DNA of 64,000 nucleotides. It comes from Casimicrobiaceae bacterium (GTDB lineage Bacteria > Pseudomonadota > Gammaproteobacteria > Burkholderiales > Casimicrobiaceae). Below, piece by piece: positions 52,567 to 61,265 of the stretch. The stretch covers positions 125 through 64,124 of the forward strand of contig DASXQW010000384.1 of NCBI GenBank assembly GCA_036506975.1, given 5' to 3'. The notes below the pieces were generated by a model, which was not told the DNA's origin, did no database searches, and saw only the letters and a program-made list of their open reading frames with translations. The first letter of the stretch is position 1. Every line of letters begins with the position of its first letter. The translations under genes were made by a program, and so were the position numbers.

Positions 52567-53535
52567 ATGAGACTTGCCTATCTACAGCAGCTGGGGCTGC
52601 GCGGTTTGCTGGCATTCCTGCTTGCGCTTGCAGGCGGTATCGCGGCCGCGCAGGAGAAATACCCGTCGCGTCCGATCGAATTCATTGTGCCCTGGGGCCC
52701 CGGAGGCGGAGCCGACCAGGTCGCCCGCAAATCCGGCAAGATGATGGAGGAAGACCTCAAGGTTTCCTTCCCGGTCGTCAACGTGCCTGGCGCGACGGGC
52801 AACACCGGCATGGCGAAGCTGCTGGCGGCTCCCGCCGATGGCTACTCGATCTCGGTGATGACCTGGGACACTTACGCGCTGCTTGCGACGACTAATACGC
52901 GCTGGAGTCTTAAGGACATCATCCCGGTCGCGCTGATGATCAAGCAGCCCTCCGCGTTCCTGTCCGCCACCAACAGCAACCTCAAGACCTGGGCCGATGT
53001 CGAGCGCGAAGCCAAGGCGCGGCCGCTCAAGGTCGCGATCACCGGGTTCGGCAGTCCGGACGACATCACGGTGAATTTCTTCGTGGCGCGCGGGCTGAAG
53101 CTGATCGCGGTGCCGTTCGCAAACCCGGGCGAGCGCTACACCTCGGTCCTCGGCGGGCATGCGGATCTGCTCTACGAGCAGCTCGGTGACGTAAGGAGTT
53201 TCCTCGACAGCAAGCAGATCCAGCCGGTGATCATCTTCGCGGCGAAACGCTTCGGCGTCTTCCCCGACGTTCCGGCGTCGCAGGAACTGGGCTACGACAT
53301 CACCCTGCCGCAGCGCCGCGCGGTGATCGTGAAGGCCGGAACCGATCCCGCGAAGGTCAAGGTGATCTCCGAGGCGCTGGCGAAGGTCGCCGCAAGCGCC
53401 GAGTACAAGGCCTATCTCCAGGAACAATACGCGACGGACGACAGCTACTTCGCGGCGCAGGACGCGGCGAAGATCATGGAGGAGGATCTCGACCAGATGA
53501 AGCGCATCGCAGGGCAGGCACCGGCGAAGAAGTAA
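52567..53535 (+). CDS. tctC: Tripartite tricarboxylate transporter substrate-binding protein (Bug/TctC family)
   Basis: Start MRLAYLQQ after an AAGGAGG RBS, with a signal peptide. YPSRPIEFIVPWGPGGGADQVAR is the hallmark Bug N-terminus. Confidence 0.85.
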   Translation: MRLAYLQQLGLRGLLAFLLALAGGIAAAQEKYPSRPIEFIVPWGPGGGADQVARKSGKMMEEDLKVSFPVVNVPGATGNTGMAKLLAAPADGYSISVMTWDTYALLATTNTRWSLKDIIPVALMIKQPSAFLSATNSNLKTWADVEREAKARPLKVAITGFGSPDDITVNFFVARGLKLIAVPFANPGERYTSVLGGHADLLYEQLGDVRSFLDSKQIQPVIIFAAKRFGVFPDVPASQELGYDITLPQRRAVIVKAGTDPAKVKVISEALAKVAASAEYKAYLQEQYATDDSYFAAQDAAKIMEEDLDQMKRIAGQAPAKK

Positions 53536-53597
53536 TCGGGCGCCAAGCGGCGGATCGGGGTACCAGTGGCAGGCAAGCGCATGCTCGGAGAACCGGC

Positions 53598-54158
53598 TTG
53601 CTAGCTCGCCTGCGCAAAATCGTGCCGTACGTGATCGTGCTGGCGGTTGCGGCGTTTCTGTACCTGCTCGCCAACCGGATCGAGTTCGTCGCGCCCGGCG
53701 GCCGCATCGGACCGGACTTCTGGCCGAAGGCGATCCTGCTCCTCGCGATGGCGACGTGCGCGTACGAGATCGTCAAGACATTGTTCCTCGGCCGCCCCGA
53801 TCAGGAGGTCGCGGGCGTGCTGGAAAGCATCATCGAGGAAGCGCCGGCTGACACCGAGGCGCAGCAGCCCCCGGCAAGATCCTATCTTCACCTGCTGCTG
53901 ATCGGCGTGGCCATGACGATCGCGTATGTGGTGCTGATCGAGCGGCTCGGGTTCTTTCTCTGCACTTTCCTCTACCTTGCTGGTTTCACGTGGGTCGGTC
54001 GCTATCGGCGGCTTGGCATCGTGCTCGCGAGCAGCCTCCTGGGCAGCCTCGTTTTCATGTTCGTCTTCATGAAGATCGTGTACGTCTCGTTGCCGCTGGG
54101 CCAGGAGCCGTTCTCGCAAGTATCGTTCCTGCTGATGCGGCTGATGAGCATTCGCTAG
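53598..54158 (+). CDS. tctB: Tripartite tricarboxylate transporter small membrane protein TctB
   Basis: 186 aa with 4 TM segments, positioned between tctC and tctA. TTG start is uncertain. Confidence 0.65.
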   Translation: MLARLRKIVPYVIVLAVAAFLYLLANRIEFVAPGGRIGPDFWPKAILLLAMATCAYEIVKTLFLGRPDQEVAGVLESIIEEAPADTEAQQPPARSYLHLLLIGVAMTIAYVVLIERLGFFLCTFLYLAGFTWVGRYRRLGIVLASSLLGSLVFMFVFMKIVYVSLPLGQEPFSQVSFLLMRLMSIR

Positions 54159-54167
54159 GGAAGTTCC

Positions 54168-55691
54168 GTGCTCGGGGTCGCGCAACAATTTGCCGCGGGC
54201 TTTCTGACCGTATTCGAGCCCATCAACCTGACGGCTCTGGTCATCGGGCTCGTTGTCGGCATGCTCGTGGCGGTGCTGCCGGGGCTGACGCTGGTCATGG
54301 GCGTCGTGCTGGCGCTGCCGTTCACCTATGGCATGCCGATCGCGCCGTCGATCATTCTGCTCACCGCGATGTACATCTCCGGCACCTACGGGGGAGCATT
54401 CACCTCGATCCTGTTCCGGATTCCGGGGGAGCCGCTCGACGTGCCGCTGTTGTGGGACGGCTACGCGATGGCGCACAAGGGCCAGCCGGCCAAGGCGCTC
54501 GGCTGGACGCTGTTCGCGGCCCTGACCGGCGGCTTGGTGTCCACACTCGCTGCGGTCACCATGGCGCACCCGTTCGCGACGTTCGCTCTCAAGTTCGATT
54601 CCCCCGAGTACTTCTCGATCATCCTGTTCGGGCTCACCAGCGTGGTTGCGCTCAGCGGCGCTTCGATCGTGAACGGCTTCATCAGCCTGTTCCTCGGACT
54701 GATGCTCGCGTGCGTCGGCGTCGATTCGATCTACGGCGCCGAACGCTTCACCTTCGGCGTACCCATGCTTGCCGACGGCATCGAGTACCTGACCGTGATG
54801 GTCGGCGCCTATGGCCTCGGCGAGGTGCTCGTGCGTCTGGAGCAGGGGTTTCAGACACCGCCCCTGCAGGCGGGCGGCAAAGTGGCCACGCGATTCCCGT
54901 CGCTGAAGGAAGTATGGGCGATCAAGCCCACGCTTGCGCGAAGCACGATCCTTGGCATCATTCTCGGGATCATCCCCGGCGCCGGAGCGACGATCGCGTC
55001 TTTCGTCTCCTACGGCACCGAAGCGCAGTACTGCAAGCGGCGCAACGAGCTCGGCAGCGGCATCGCCGAGGGCATCGTCGCGCCGCAAACCGCCTCGACC
55101 GCGACTGTCGCCGGCCATATGGTGCCGTTGCTCACGCTCGGCATACCCGGCAGCGGCGCGACCGCAGTCATCCTCGGTGCATTCCTGCTGCACGGGATGC
55201 AGCCGGGCCCGCAGGTGTTCATGCACAACCCGGGTCTGGTTTACGCGATTTTTGCTTCGCTGTTCGTGGGTGTGATCGGCATGTGCCTGATGGGCTACTT
55301 TGCGATCAAGGCGTTGATCAAGGTCCTGTACTTGCCGGAAGCGGTGACCTCGGCCTTCGTCGTGCTGTTCTGCTTCATCGGGGCGTTTTCCCAGCGCAAC
55401 AACGTCACCGATCTGTCGATGATCGTGATATTCGGCATCGTCGGTTACCTCTTCGAGAGGTTCAAGTTCCCGATTGCGCCGATGGTGCTCGGGTGCATCC
55501 TCGGCACGCAGGCGGAAAGCTCGTTCATGACCAGCATGATCAGTTACCAGAACGACTGGACCGTCTTCTTTACGCGGCCGATCAGCGGCGTGGTCATGGT
55601 GCTCGTCGTTGTCGCGCTCGTCTTCCCCCTCGTCCGCCATCTTCGCCACCGCTACGGGAAGCGGCTGCCGGCATCACACACCGGGGCTTGA
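54168..55691 (+). CDS. tctA: Tripartite tricarboxylate transporter large permease TctA
   Basis: 507 aa, polytopic. VLPGLTLVMGVVLALPFTYGM and IIPGAGATIASFVSYG are typical of TctA. Confidence 0.9.
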   Translation: MLGVAQQFAAGFLTVFEPINLTALVIGLVVGMLVAVLPGLTLVMGVVLALPFTYGMPIAPSIILLTAMYISGTYGGAFTSILFRIPGEPLDVPLLWDGYAMAHKGQPAKALGWTLFAALTGGLVSTLAAVTMAHPFATFALKFDSPEYFSIILFGLTSVVALSGASIVNGFISLFLGLMLACVGVDSIYGAERFTFGVPMLADGIEYLTVMVGAYGLGEVLVRLEQGFQTPPLQAGGKVATRFPSLKEVWAIKPTLARSTILGIILGIIPGAGATIASFVSYGTEAQYCKRRNELGSGIAEGIVAPQTASTATVAGHMVPLLTLGIPGSGATAVILGAFLLHGMQPGPQVFMHNPGLVYAIFASLFVGVIGMCLMGYFAIKALIKVLYLPEAVTSAFVVLFCFIGAFSQRNNVTDLSMIVIFGIVGYLFERFKFPIAPMVLGCILGTQAESSFMTSMISYQNDWTVFFTRPISGVVMVLVVVALVFPLVRHLRHRYGKRLPASHTGA

Positions 55692-55792
55692 GAATCTCCG
55701 GCAGGCGCTTGGGGATCCTGTCGCGCGTCAGGCATCAGGGACCCGTCGCGTCCCAACCGGGTTGACCCGGCGCCGCGGTCGAGCTCGCGCTA

Positions 55793-57622
55793 CTAGATGA
55801 AGTGGTGCACGGGAAGCTTCGACATCTGCCAGGCTCCCGTATTCGCGTCGTACCGCGACCCCGTGAACACGTGCCATGCGTCATCGTCGAGCTTCGGATG
55901 ATCGGCGCGGTAGTAGTAACCGGGCCAACGCGTCTCCTCGCGGAACAGCGTATGCCGTGCGACCGATTCCGCCGTCACTATCCGGTGGTGCAGCTCCCAA
56001 GCGCGCTGCAGCTGGTGCAGGTCCTCCGCACCGAGCTGTTGTGCATCTCGCTTCAGGTCGTCGAGGAGCTCCAGCGAGCGGTTGAGCAGCGGCTCGTTCG
56101 TCACGTAGAACATGCTGTAGCCGCCGACGTATTCGTCCATCAGCTTCTCCAGCCGTTGCAGGCCCTGCAGCGGGGTGATGAAATTCGGTGAAACGGTACC
56201 GGCGACGAACTCGTTGCGTCCGATTCGGTGGTTCTCCAACGGCTTGAAGACCGTCTCCTCGAGCTTGCGCGCGTTCGCCTCGTCGACGTGCGGCGCGTCG
56301 TTCTTCATGTCGAGGACGTAGCGGACGGCCGCCTTGCCCGCGAGCCGTCCCTCGGTGAACGATCCCGCGGAGAATTTGTGCGCCGATCCGCCGATCGTGT
56401 CGCCCGCGCCGAAGAGCCCGTTCACGGTAGTCATCCGGTTGTAGCCCCACTGGTAGTCGGTCGGCGCGCAATCCTCGGGACCGCTCGCCCACGCGCCCGA
56501 GCACGTCGCGTGCGAGCCCATGATGTACGGCTCCGAGGTCGTCAGCTCGGACGGCTGCTCCTTCGGGTCGATACCCTGCGCAGCCCAGACCACCGCCTGG
56601 CTGATCGTCATGTCGAGGAAGTCCTCCCAGCCAATCTCCTCCTTTTCCGCCGTGTCGAGCACCTTCTGCGTATGCATGTAGATCGGGCCCTTGCCCGCCT
56701 TGACCTCCTCGATCAGCGAGTGGTTGCGGAGGCATGTCGGCATCGGATGCAGCTCGGCGTACTTGCCGACGCGCGCCTTGATCTCGTCAAAGCGTGCGGC
56801 CTCATAGAGCTCACCCGCGGCATTCGTGACCTGCGCCTTCAGCAGCAGGAACCACGCCCCAACCGGACCGTACCCGTCCTTGAAGCGCGTCAGGACGATC
56901 TTGTTCTCCATCTGCGTCATCATTGCGCCCGTCGGTATCAGCAGGCCATAAGCGGACGCTGTGCTCCACGGAGCGTACCAGGTACGCCCCATGCCCTCGC
57001 CGACGGACCGCGGACGATAAATGTGCGAACCGCCGCCGGCGCCGACGATGACTGCCTTCGCGCGGAACACGTAGAACTCGCCGGTGCGCACATGGAAACC
57101 AACGGCGCCCGCGATGCGGTTCGCCTTCTCGCTGTCCATCAGCAGGTGCGTCACCATGATCCGGTTGTAGACCTCGGTGACGGACTTGCGTGCGGCCTCG
57201 GCGACGATCGGCTTGTAGCTCTCGCCGTGGATCATGATCTGCCACTTGCCTTCGCGCAGGTAGCGGCCGGTCTCCGGATTCTTGATGATCGGCAGGCCCC
57301 ATTCCTCGAACTTGTGTACCGTCGAGTCGACGTGGCGGGCGATGTCGTAGACCAGGTCCTCGCGCACCAGACCCATGAGGTCGCCGCGCGCGTAGCGCAC
57401 GAAGTCCTCGGGCTGGTTCTCGTTCCACTGCATGCCCATGTAGCAGTTGATCGCGGAGAGACCCTGCGCGACGGCCCCGCTACGCTCGATATTCGCCTTC
57501 TCCACGAGGACGATCTTGAGATCCCGGCCCCAGAAGCGCGACTCGTACGCCGCGCCGCACCCGCCGAAGCCGCCGCCTACGATCAGGATGTCCGAATCGA
57601 CGAAGCGAGTTCTTCTCGCCAT
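55793..57622 (-). CDS. aprA: Adenylylsulfate (APS) reductase alpha subunit
   Basis: 609 aa. FAD motif ILIVGGGFGGCGAA. The sequence is AprA-like throughout (GAVAQGLSAINCYMG, WQIMIHGESYKPIV, REETRWPGYYYRADHP). Confidence 0.9.
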   Translation of the reverse strand: MARRTRFVDSDILIVGGGFGGCGAAYESRFWGRDLKIVLVEKANIERSGAVAQGLSAINCYMGMQWNENQPEDFVRYARGDLMGLVREDLVYDIARHVDSTVHKFEEWGLPIIKNPETGRYLREGKWQIMIHGESYKPIVAEAARKSVTEVYNRIMVTHLLMDSEKANRIAGAVGFHVRTGEFYVFRAKAVIVGAGGGSHIYRPRSVGEGMGRTWYAPWSTASAYGLLIPTGAMMTQMENKIVLTRFKDGYGPVGAWFLLLKAQVTNAAGELYEAARFDEIKARVGKYAELHPMPTCLRNHSLIEEVKAGKGPIYMHTQKVLDTAEKEEIGWEDFLDMTISQAVVWAAQGIDPKEQPSELTTSEPYIMGSHATCSGAWASGPEDCAPTDYQWGYNRMTTVNGLFGAGDTIGGSAHKFSAGSFTEGRLAGKAAVRYVLDMKNDAPHVDEANARKLEETVFKPLENHRIGRNEFVAGTVSPNFITPLQGLQRLEKLMDEYVGGYSMFYVTNEPLLNRSLELLDDLKRDAQQLGAEDLHQLQRAWELHHRIVTAESVARHTLFREETRWPGYYYRADHPKLDDDAWHVFTGSRYDANTGAWQMSKLPVHHFI

Positions 57623-57626
57623 GACG

Positions 57627-58076
57627 TCAGGCCGACTTTATGGCTGTGAGTTGCGGAAGCGCTTCGATGTGAAGCGCCTCCGGCTCGTGCGCAAGCATCT
57701 GCGAGCCGAGCGCGCTCGCCGGCGGCGCCGCATAGTCGCTCGGCGCCTTGATCGATCCCCATGGCGTGGTCCGGATGGGAAACGTGAATTGCTTTTCGCG
57801 CCCGTCGCGGTATCTGATCTTCCACGAGACCGAGCCCTTTTCCGGCTCACGAAGCACGCGCACCTTGTGCCCGAGCGGCGCGAAGTCCGCGTAGCCGCGC
57901 ACATCGATCGCCTGCTGCGGGCAGTACTTCACACACGAGTAGCATTCCCAGCAGAAGTTCGGCTCGATGTTGTACGACCGCCGATAGACGGGGTCGATGT
58001 GCATGATGTTCGATGGACAGATATCCACGCATTCGCCGCAACCGTCGCAGCGGCTCATGTCGGCATAGGTCGGCAT
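57627..58076 (-). CDS. aprB: APS reductase beta subunit (2x[4Fe-4S])
   Basis: 149 aa. MPTYADMSRCDGCGECVDICP and CWECYSCVKYCP cluster motifs, plus the C-terminal tail typical of AprB. Confidence 0.9.
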   Translation of the reverse strand: MPTYADMSRCDGCGECVDICPSNIMHIDPVYRRSYNIEPNFCWECYSCVKYCPQQAIDVRGYADFAPLGHKVRVLREPEKGSVSWKIRYRDGREKQFTFPIRTTPWGSIKAPSDYAAPPASALGSQMLAHEPEALHIEALPQLTAIKSA

Positions 58077-58080
58077 GTCG

Positions 58081-58842
58081 TCAGCTCCTCACGATGAAAT
58101 TCTGGGTTGACGGCCTCGGCAGGTCCGAGGAGCCGTTCGCTTCCTCCACGCGGCGCTGATACGCCATTGCCGGCTTGAAGAACATATGTGCGAATTTCGA
58201 CCACGGCACGCTGACGAAGAGCAGCGTCGTGAAGAACATGTAGATGCCGAACAGGATGTAGGCCGCGGTCGAGCCCGGATAATTGGTCTGTCCGAAATGC
58301 CAGATGAGCGCAAACGCCATCGCCGCGATCAGCGAGCCGACGAAGAGATCGGCGCGTCCCAGATGCCACGGCGGGTCGCCGTCGTACGCGACGTTCGCGC
58401 GCAGGAAGAAGAAAAACCAGAGGCCGCCGACGAGCACCATTGCCGCGCCGAGCATCCACAGCGTAGAGACGATTGGCGGCGTGGCGGCTGCGGTCGGATA
58501 CACGAACACCATCAGAAAAGTCGTGATCATATTGATCAGAAAGCCGTACATCATCAGCAGGTGCGATATGCGACGGCGCGTCTTGTCGAACTCGCCCGAG
58601 ACGGCGGCTTCGGCGATCGTTGCAAGCGCGAGCGAAAAGGCTTCTCCGCTGCCGAGCGGATTGCGCGCGGACGCCTTCGATTTTTCGCGCCGTTGCGCGA
58701 AATAAATCCCGCTACCTTTGTGCCAAACATCGAACAGCGTTCCGATGATGACCGCGAGGATCATCAGAACGATGTAGACCTTCATGGCAAGCGGCGACCA
58801 GAACTCGGCCACCGCGGCGAAGGGATTCGTGCCCATCATCAT
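58081..58842 (-). CDS. aprM: APS reductase membrane anchor AprM-like protein
   Basis: 253 aa with 5-6 TM segments, immediately upstream of aprBA (4-nt gap). No qmoABC is present. Assigned by position and topology. Confidence 0.65.
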   Translation of the reverse strand: MMMGTNPFAAVAEFWSPLAMKVYIVLMILAVIIGTLFDVWHKGSGIYFAQRREKSKASARNPLGSGEAFSLALATIAEAAVSGEFDKTRRRISHLLMMYGFLINMITTFLMVFVYPTAAATPPIVSTLWMLGAAMVLVGGLWFFFFLRANVAYDGDPPWHLGRADLFVGSLIAAMAFALIWHFGQTNYPGSTAAYILFGIYMFFTTLLFVSVPWSKFAHMFFKPAMAYQRRVEEANGSSDLPRPSTQNFIVRS

Positions 58843-58949
58843 CTCCGTGTGAAGTCGCCCGGGCCAGTGGGTCGGGCGGGAAGTTGCATGCTAGCGCGGC
58901 AATCTGCCGTGTGCTCGATGACTTTGCCAATTCAAGTCGTCTATCCGGT

Positions 58950-59200
58950 GATAAGCCACGCCCCATGCTGCAAAGCACAATTCCAGTCCGGAAGCGGTCG
59001 GCGAAGGGTCTTGGGTTCACGATCATCTCACACGCCGCGGTCGACAAAGAAGCGCGTCTCGGGGACCTCGTGCGGATTCCTCTCGCACCGCGGCTCATCG
59101 GCCATCTTTGGGTTGTGTATCCGAAGGAACGGATTCACGCGGAAGTCGTGAACGAGTTCGTTCGCTTCGCCAAAGGGCGGCTGGCCGCGTCGCGAGGCGC
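58950..59200 (+). pseudogene. 5'-truncated LysR-family regulator remnant (C-terminal effector-domain fragment only)
   Basis: The ORF 58884-59282 translation contains AKGLGFTIISHAAVDKEARLGDLVRIPLAPRLIGHLWVVYPKERIHAEVVNEFVRFAKGRL, a typical LysR C-terminal end. No HTH domain is present, and the upstream space is occupied by aprM. Confidence 0.45.
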
Positions 59201-59259
59201 CGAAATCAACCTGCTCCCTGAACGCCTGATGCGCGTCGCACACGGCGCTCGCCGCGCGC

Positions 59260-60477
59260 CTAGCGCGCAGAGTGCCCGCTGAGCTTCACATCGACCTTCT
59301 CGTGAGCTTCGAGCGACGCGTAGTAGGCGCGCAGGACATCGAGCACTTCGGGTCGGCTGAATTCGGGCGGCACGGGGCTCCCCTCGGAAAGCCATTTGCG
59401 CAGCTTGGTACCCGAGACGAGCAGCCGATCGGCGTCATCATGCGGGCAGATGCGCGCTGACGCCATCCCTTCGCATTTGTAGCACCAGAACGTCCAGTCG
59501 ATCCGCATCGGCCGGATAGCCAGCGCGTCGCGTGGGATTTCATCGAAGATGCGGTGCGCGTCGAAGGGTCCGTAGTAATTGCCGACCCCCGCGTGATCGC
59601 GGCCGAGGATCTGATAGGCGCAGCCGAAATTCTGGCGAAACACCGCGTGCAGCAACGCCTCGCGCGGCCCGGCGTAGCGCATATCGAGGGGGTAACCCGC
59701 CTGCAGCACGGTCCCGGAGCGAAAATATTTCTCGATCAGCACGCCGATCGCGCGCGTGCGGACTTCGGCGGGAATGTCGCCGGGTTTCAGGTTGCCCAGG
59801 AGCGAATGGATCAGGACGCCGTCGCATACCTCGATGGCGACCTTCACCAGGTACTCGTGGGAGCGATGCATGGGATTGCGTGTCTGGAAAGCGGCGACCC
59901 GCGACCAGCCGAGCCGCTGGAATACGGCGCGTGTCTCCATTGGAGTCTTGAACAGCGACCCGTACTTCGACTTGAATCCGCCGTCGCCGAGCACGCGTAT
60001 CGGGCCTGCCAGGTTAACCTCGCCTTGCTCCATCACCATTCGCACGCCCGGATGGTCCGTATCGACCGTCTTGAACACCGACAGGCATTCGTGCGCCTTG
60101 TCGATGCGGTACTTTTCGGTCACCGAAATGACGGCGAGCAGCGCATCGTCATCGGGATCGACGAGCGCAACGTCCTCGCCGACCGCGATCGAGTCGGCGG
60201 CCGTGCGGTCAGTCGAAAGCGTGATCGGGATCGGCCAGAACAAGCCTTCGGAAGTTCGCATCTCGTCACAGACATGTTGCCAGTCCGCGTGGGTCATGAA
60301 ACCCGCGAGCGGCGTAAATCCGCCAATGCCCAACATCACGACATCGCCCTTCTCCCGCGACGTGATGCGTAGCTTGCGGAGCGTTTGCGCTCGGCGCTGC
60401 TCCTCTGCACGTGCATCGCTCTCGAGTTGCAGCGGCCGCAGGTCGCGGCCCCCATGGGGCGGTACGAGTCCGGTCAT
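59260..60477 (-). CDS. sat: Sulfate adenylyltransferase (ATP sulfurylase)
   Basis: 405 aa. [13 protein letters not shown] and [10 protein letters not shown] motifs. Confidence 0.9.
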   Translation of the reverse strand: MTGLVPPHGGRDLRPLQLESDARAEEQRRAQTLRKLRITSREKGDVVMLGIGGFTPLAGFMTHADWQHVCDEMRTSEGLFWPIPITLSTDRTAADSIAVGEDVALVDPDDDALLAVISVTEKYRIDKAHECLSVFKTVDTDHPGVRMVMEQGEVNLAGPIRVLGDGGFKSKYGSLFKTPMETRAVFQRLGWSRVAAFQTRNPMHRSHEYLVKVAIEVCDGVLIHSLLGNLKPGDIPAEVRTRAIGVLIEKYFRSGTVLQAGYPLDMRYAGPREALLHAVFRQNFGCAYQILGRDHAGVGNYYGPFDAHRIFDEIPRDALAIRPMRIDWTFWCYKCEGMASARICPHDDADRLLVSGTKLRKWLSEGSPVPPEFSRPEVLDVLRAYYASLEAHEKVDVKLSGHSAR

Positions 60478-60634
60478 GGCGAAAAGTTTGGCCTTCAGGT
60501 GACAGCCGTTAACGCTAGCTTACGCGCCTACGGGCGGCCGATGAAATTGCTGATGGGGTTATAAGCGTTGTCGATGCCGGGCGTCCAAAGCCAGATGGCG
60601 CCGCCAGGACGCATTGAACCGCGTGCGTTATGAT

Positions 60635-61153
60635 ATGGCGATGAAGCTATGCGTCGTCTCGGACAGTCACGACCGCGCGGATCCGCTGGCGGAAGCGGTG
60701 CGCAGCGGCGCAGCCGAAGGCGCCGACGTCGTGATCCATTGCGGAGACATCATAGGCACGCAAACGCTGCGCGCCGCGATGAGCGTCGGTTTGCCCATGC
60801 ACGTCATTCACGGCAACAACCTTGGTGACCCCATCTCCCTCAGCCGCTGGGCGCGGGACAGCAGCGGAATGCTCTGCTATCACGGTGCCGACGCCCGGCT
60901 CGATCTGGCGGGAAAGCGCGTTTTCGTCGTTCACTATCCGGAATACGGATACGCGATGGCGTGCACCGGCGACTGGGATCTCGTGTGCTGCGGCCACTCC
61001 CATGTTGCCGGCATCGAGCAGGTGCCCAACGTCAAGAGCGGCGTGACGTGGCTCGTGAATCCGGGCACGGTAGCCGGTCTTGCCGCGCCCGCCACGTGGA
61101 TCCTCGGCGACCTCGCCGAGATGCGATTCGACATCCGGATCGTAAATGCGTAG
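60635..61153 (+). CDS. YfcE/MJ0936-type metallophosphoesterase
   Basis: MKLCVVSDSHD, IHCGDI, GNN, GHSH motifs. The start may be ATG 60635 or 60641. Confidence 0.8.
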   Translation: MAMKLCVVSDSHDRADPLAEAVRSGAAEGADVVIHCGDIIGTQTLRAAMSVGLPMHVIHGNNLGDPISLSRWARDSSGMLCYHGADARLDLAGKRVFVVHYPEYGYAMACTGDWDLVCCGHSHVAGIEQVPNVKSGVTWLVNPGTVAGLAAPATWILGDLAEMRFDIRIVNA

Positions 61154-61265
61154 GCAGCACGGTCTTGACGGCGCCGTCGGGGAACTTGCAGAGTGACCAT
61201 TTGCTGGCCGTATAACCCACGTCATCATAAACAGGGGCCTGGTGCTCGCCCCGTGCTTACGTAGC

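Noticed and set aside
58884-59282. An intact 132-aa protein-coding gene between aprM and sat.
   Set aside because: Only the C-terminal part resembles a LysR effector domain and the N-terminal 30-40 residues look non-coding. It overlaps the sat 3' end. It is treated as a gene remnant.
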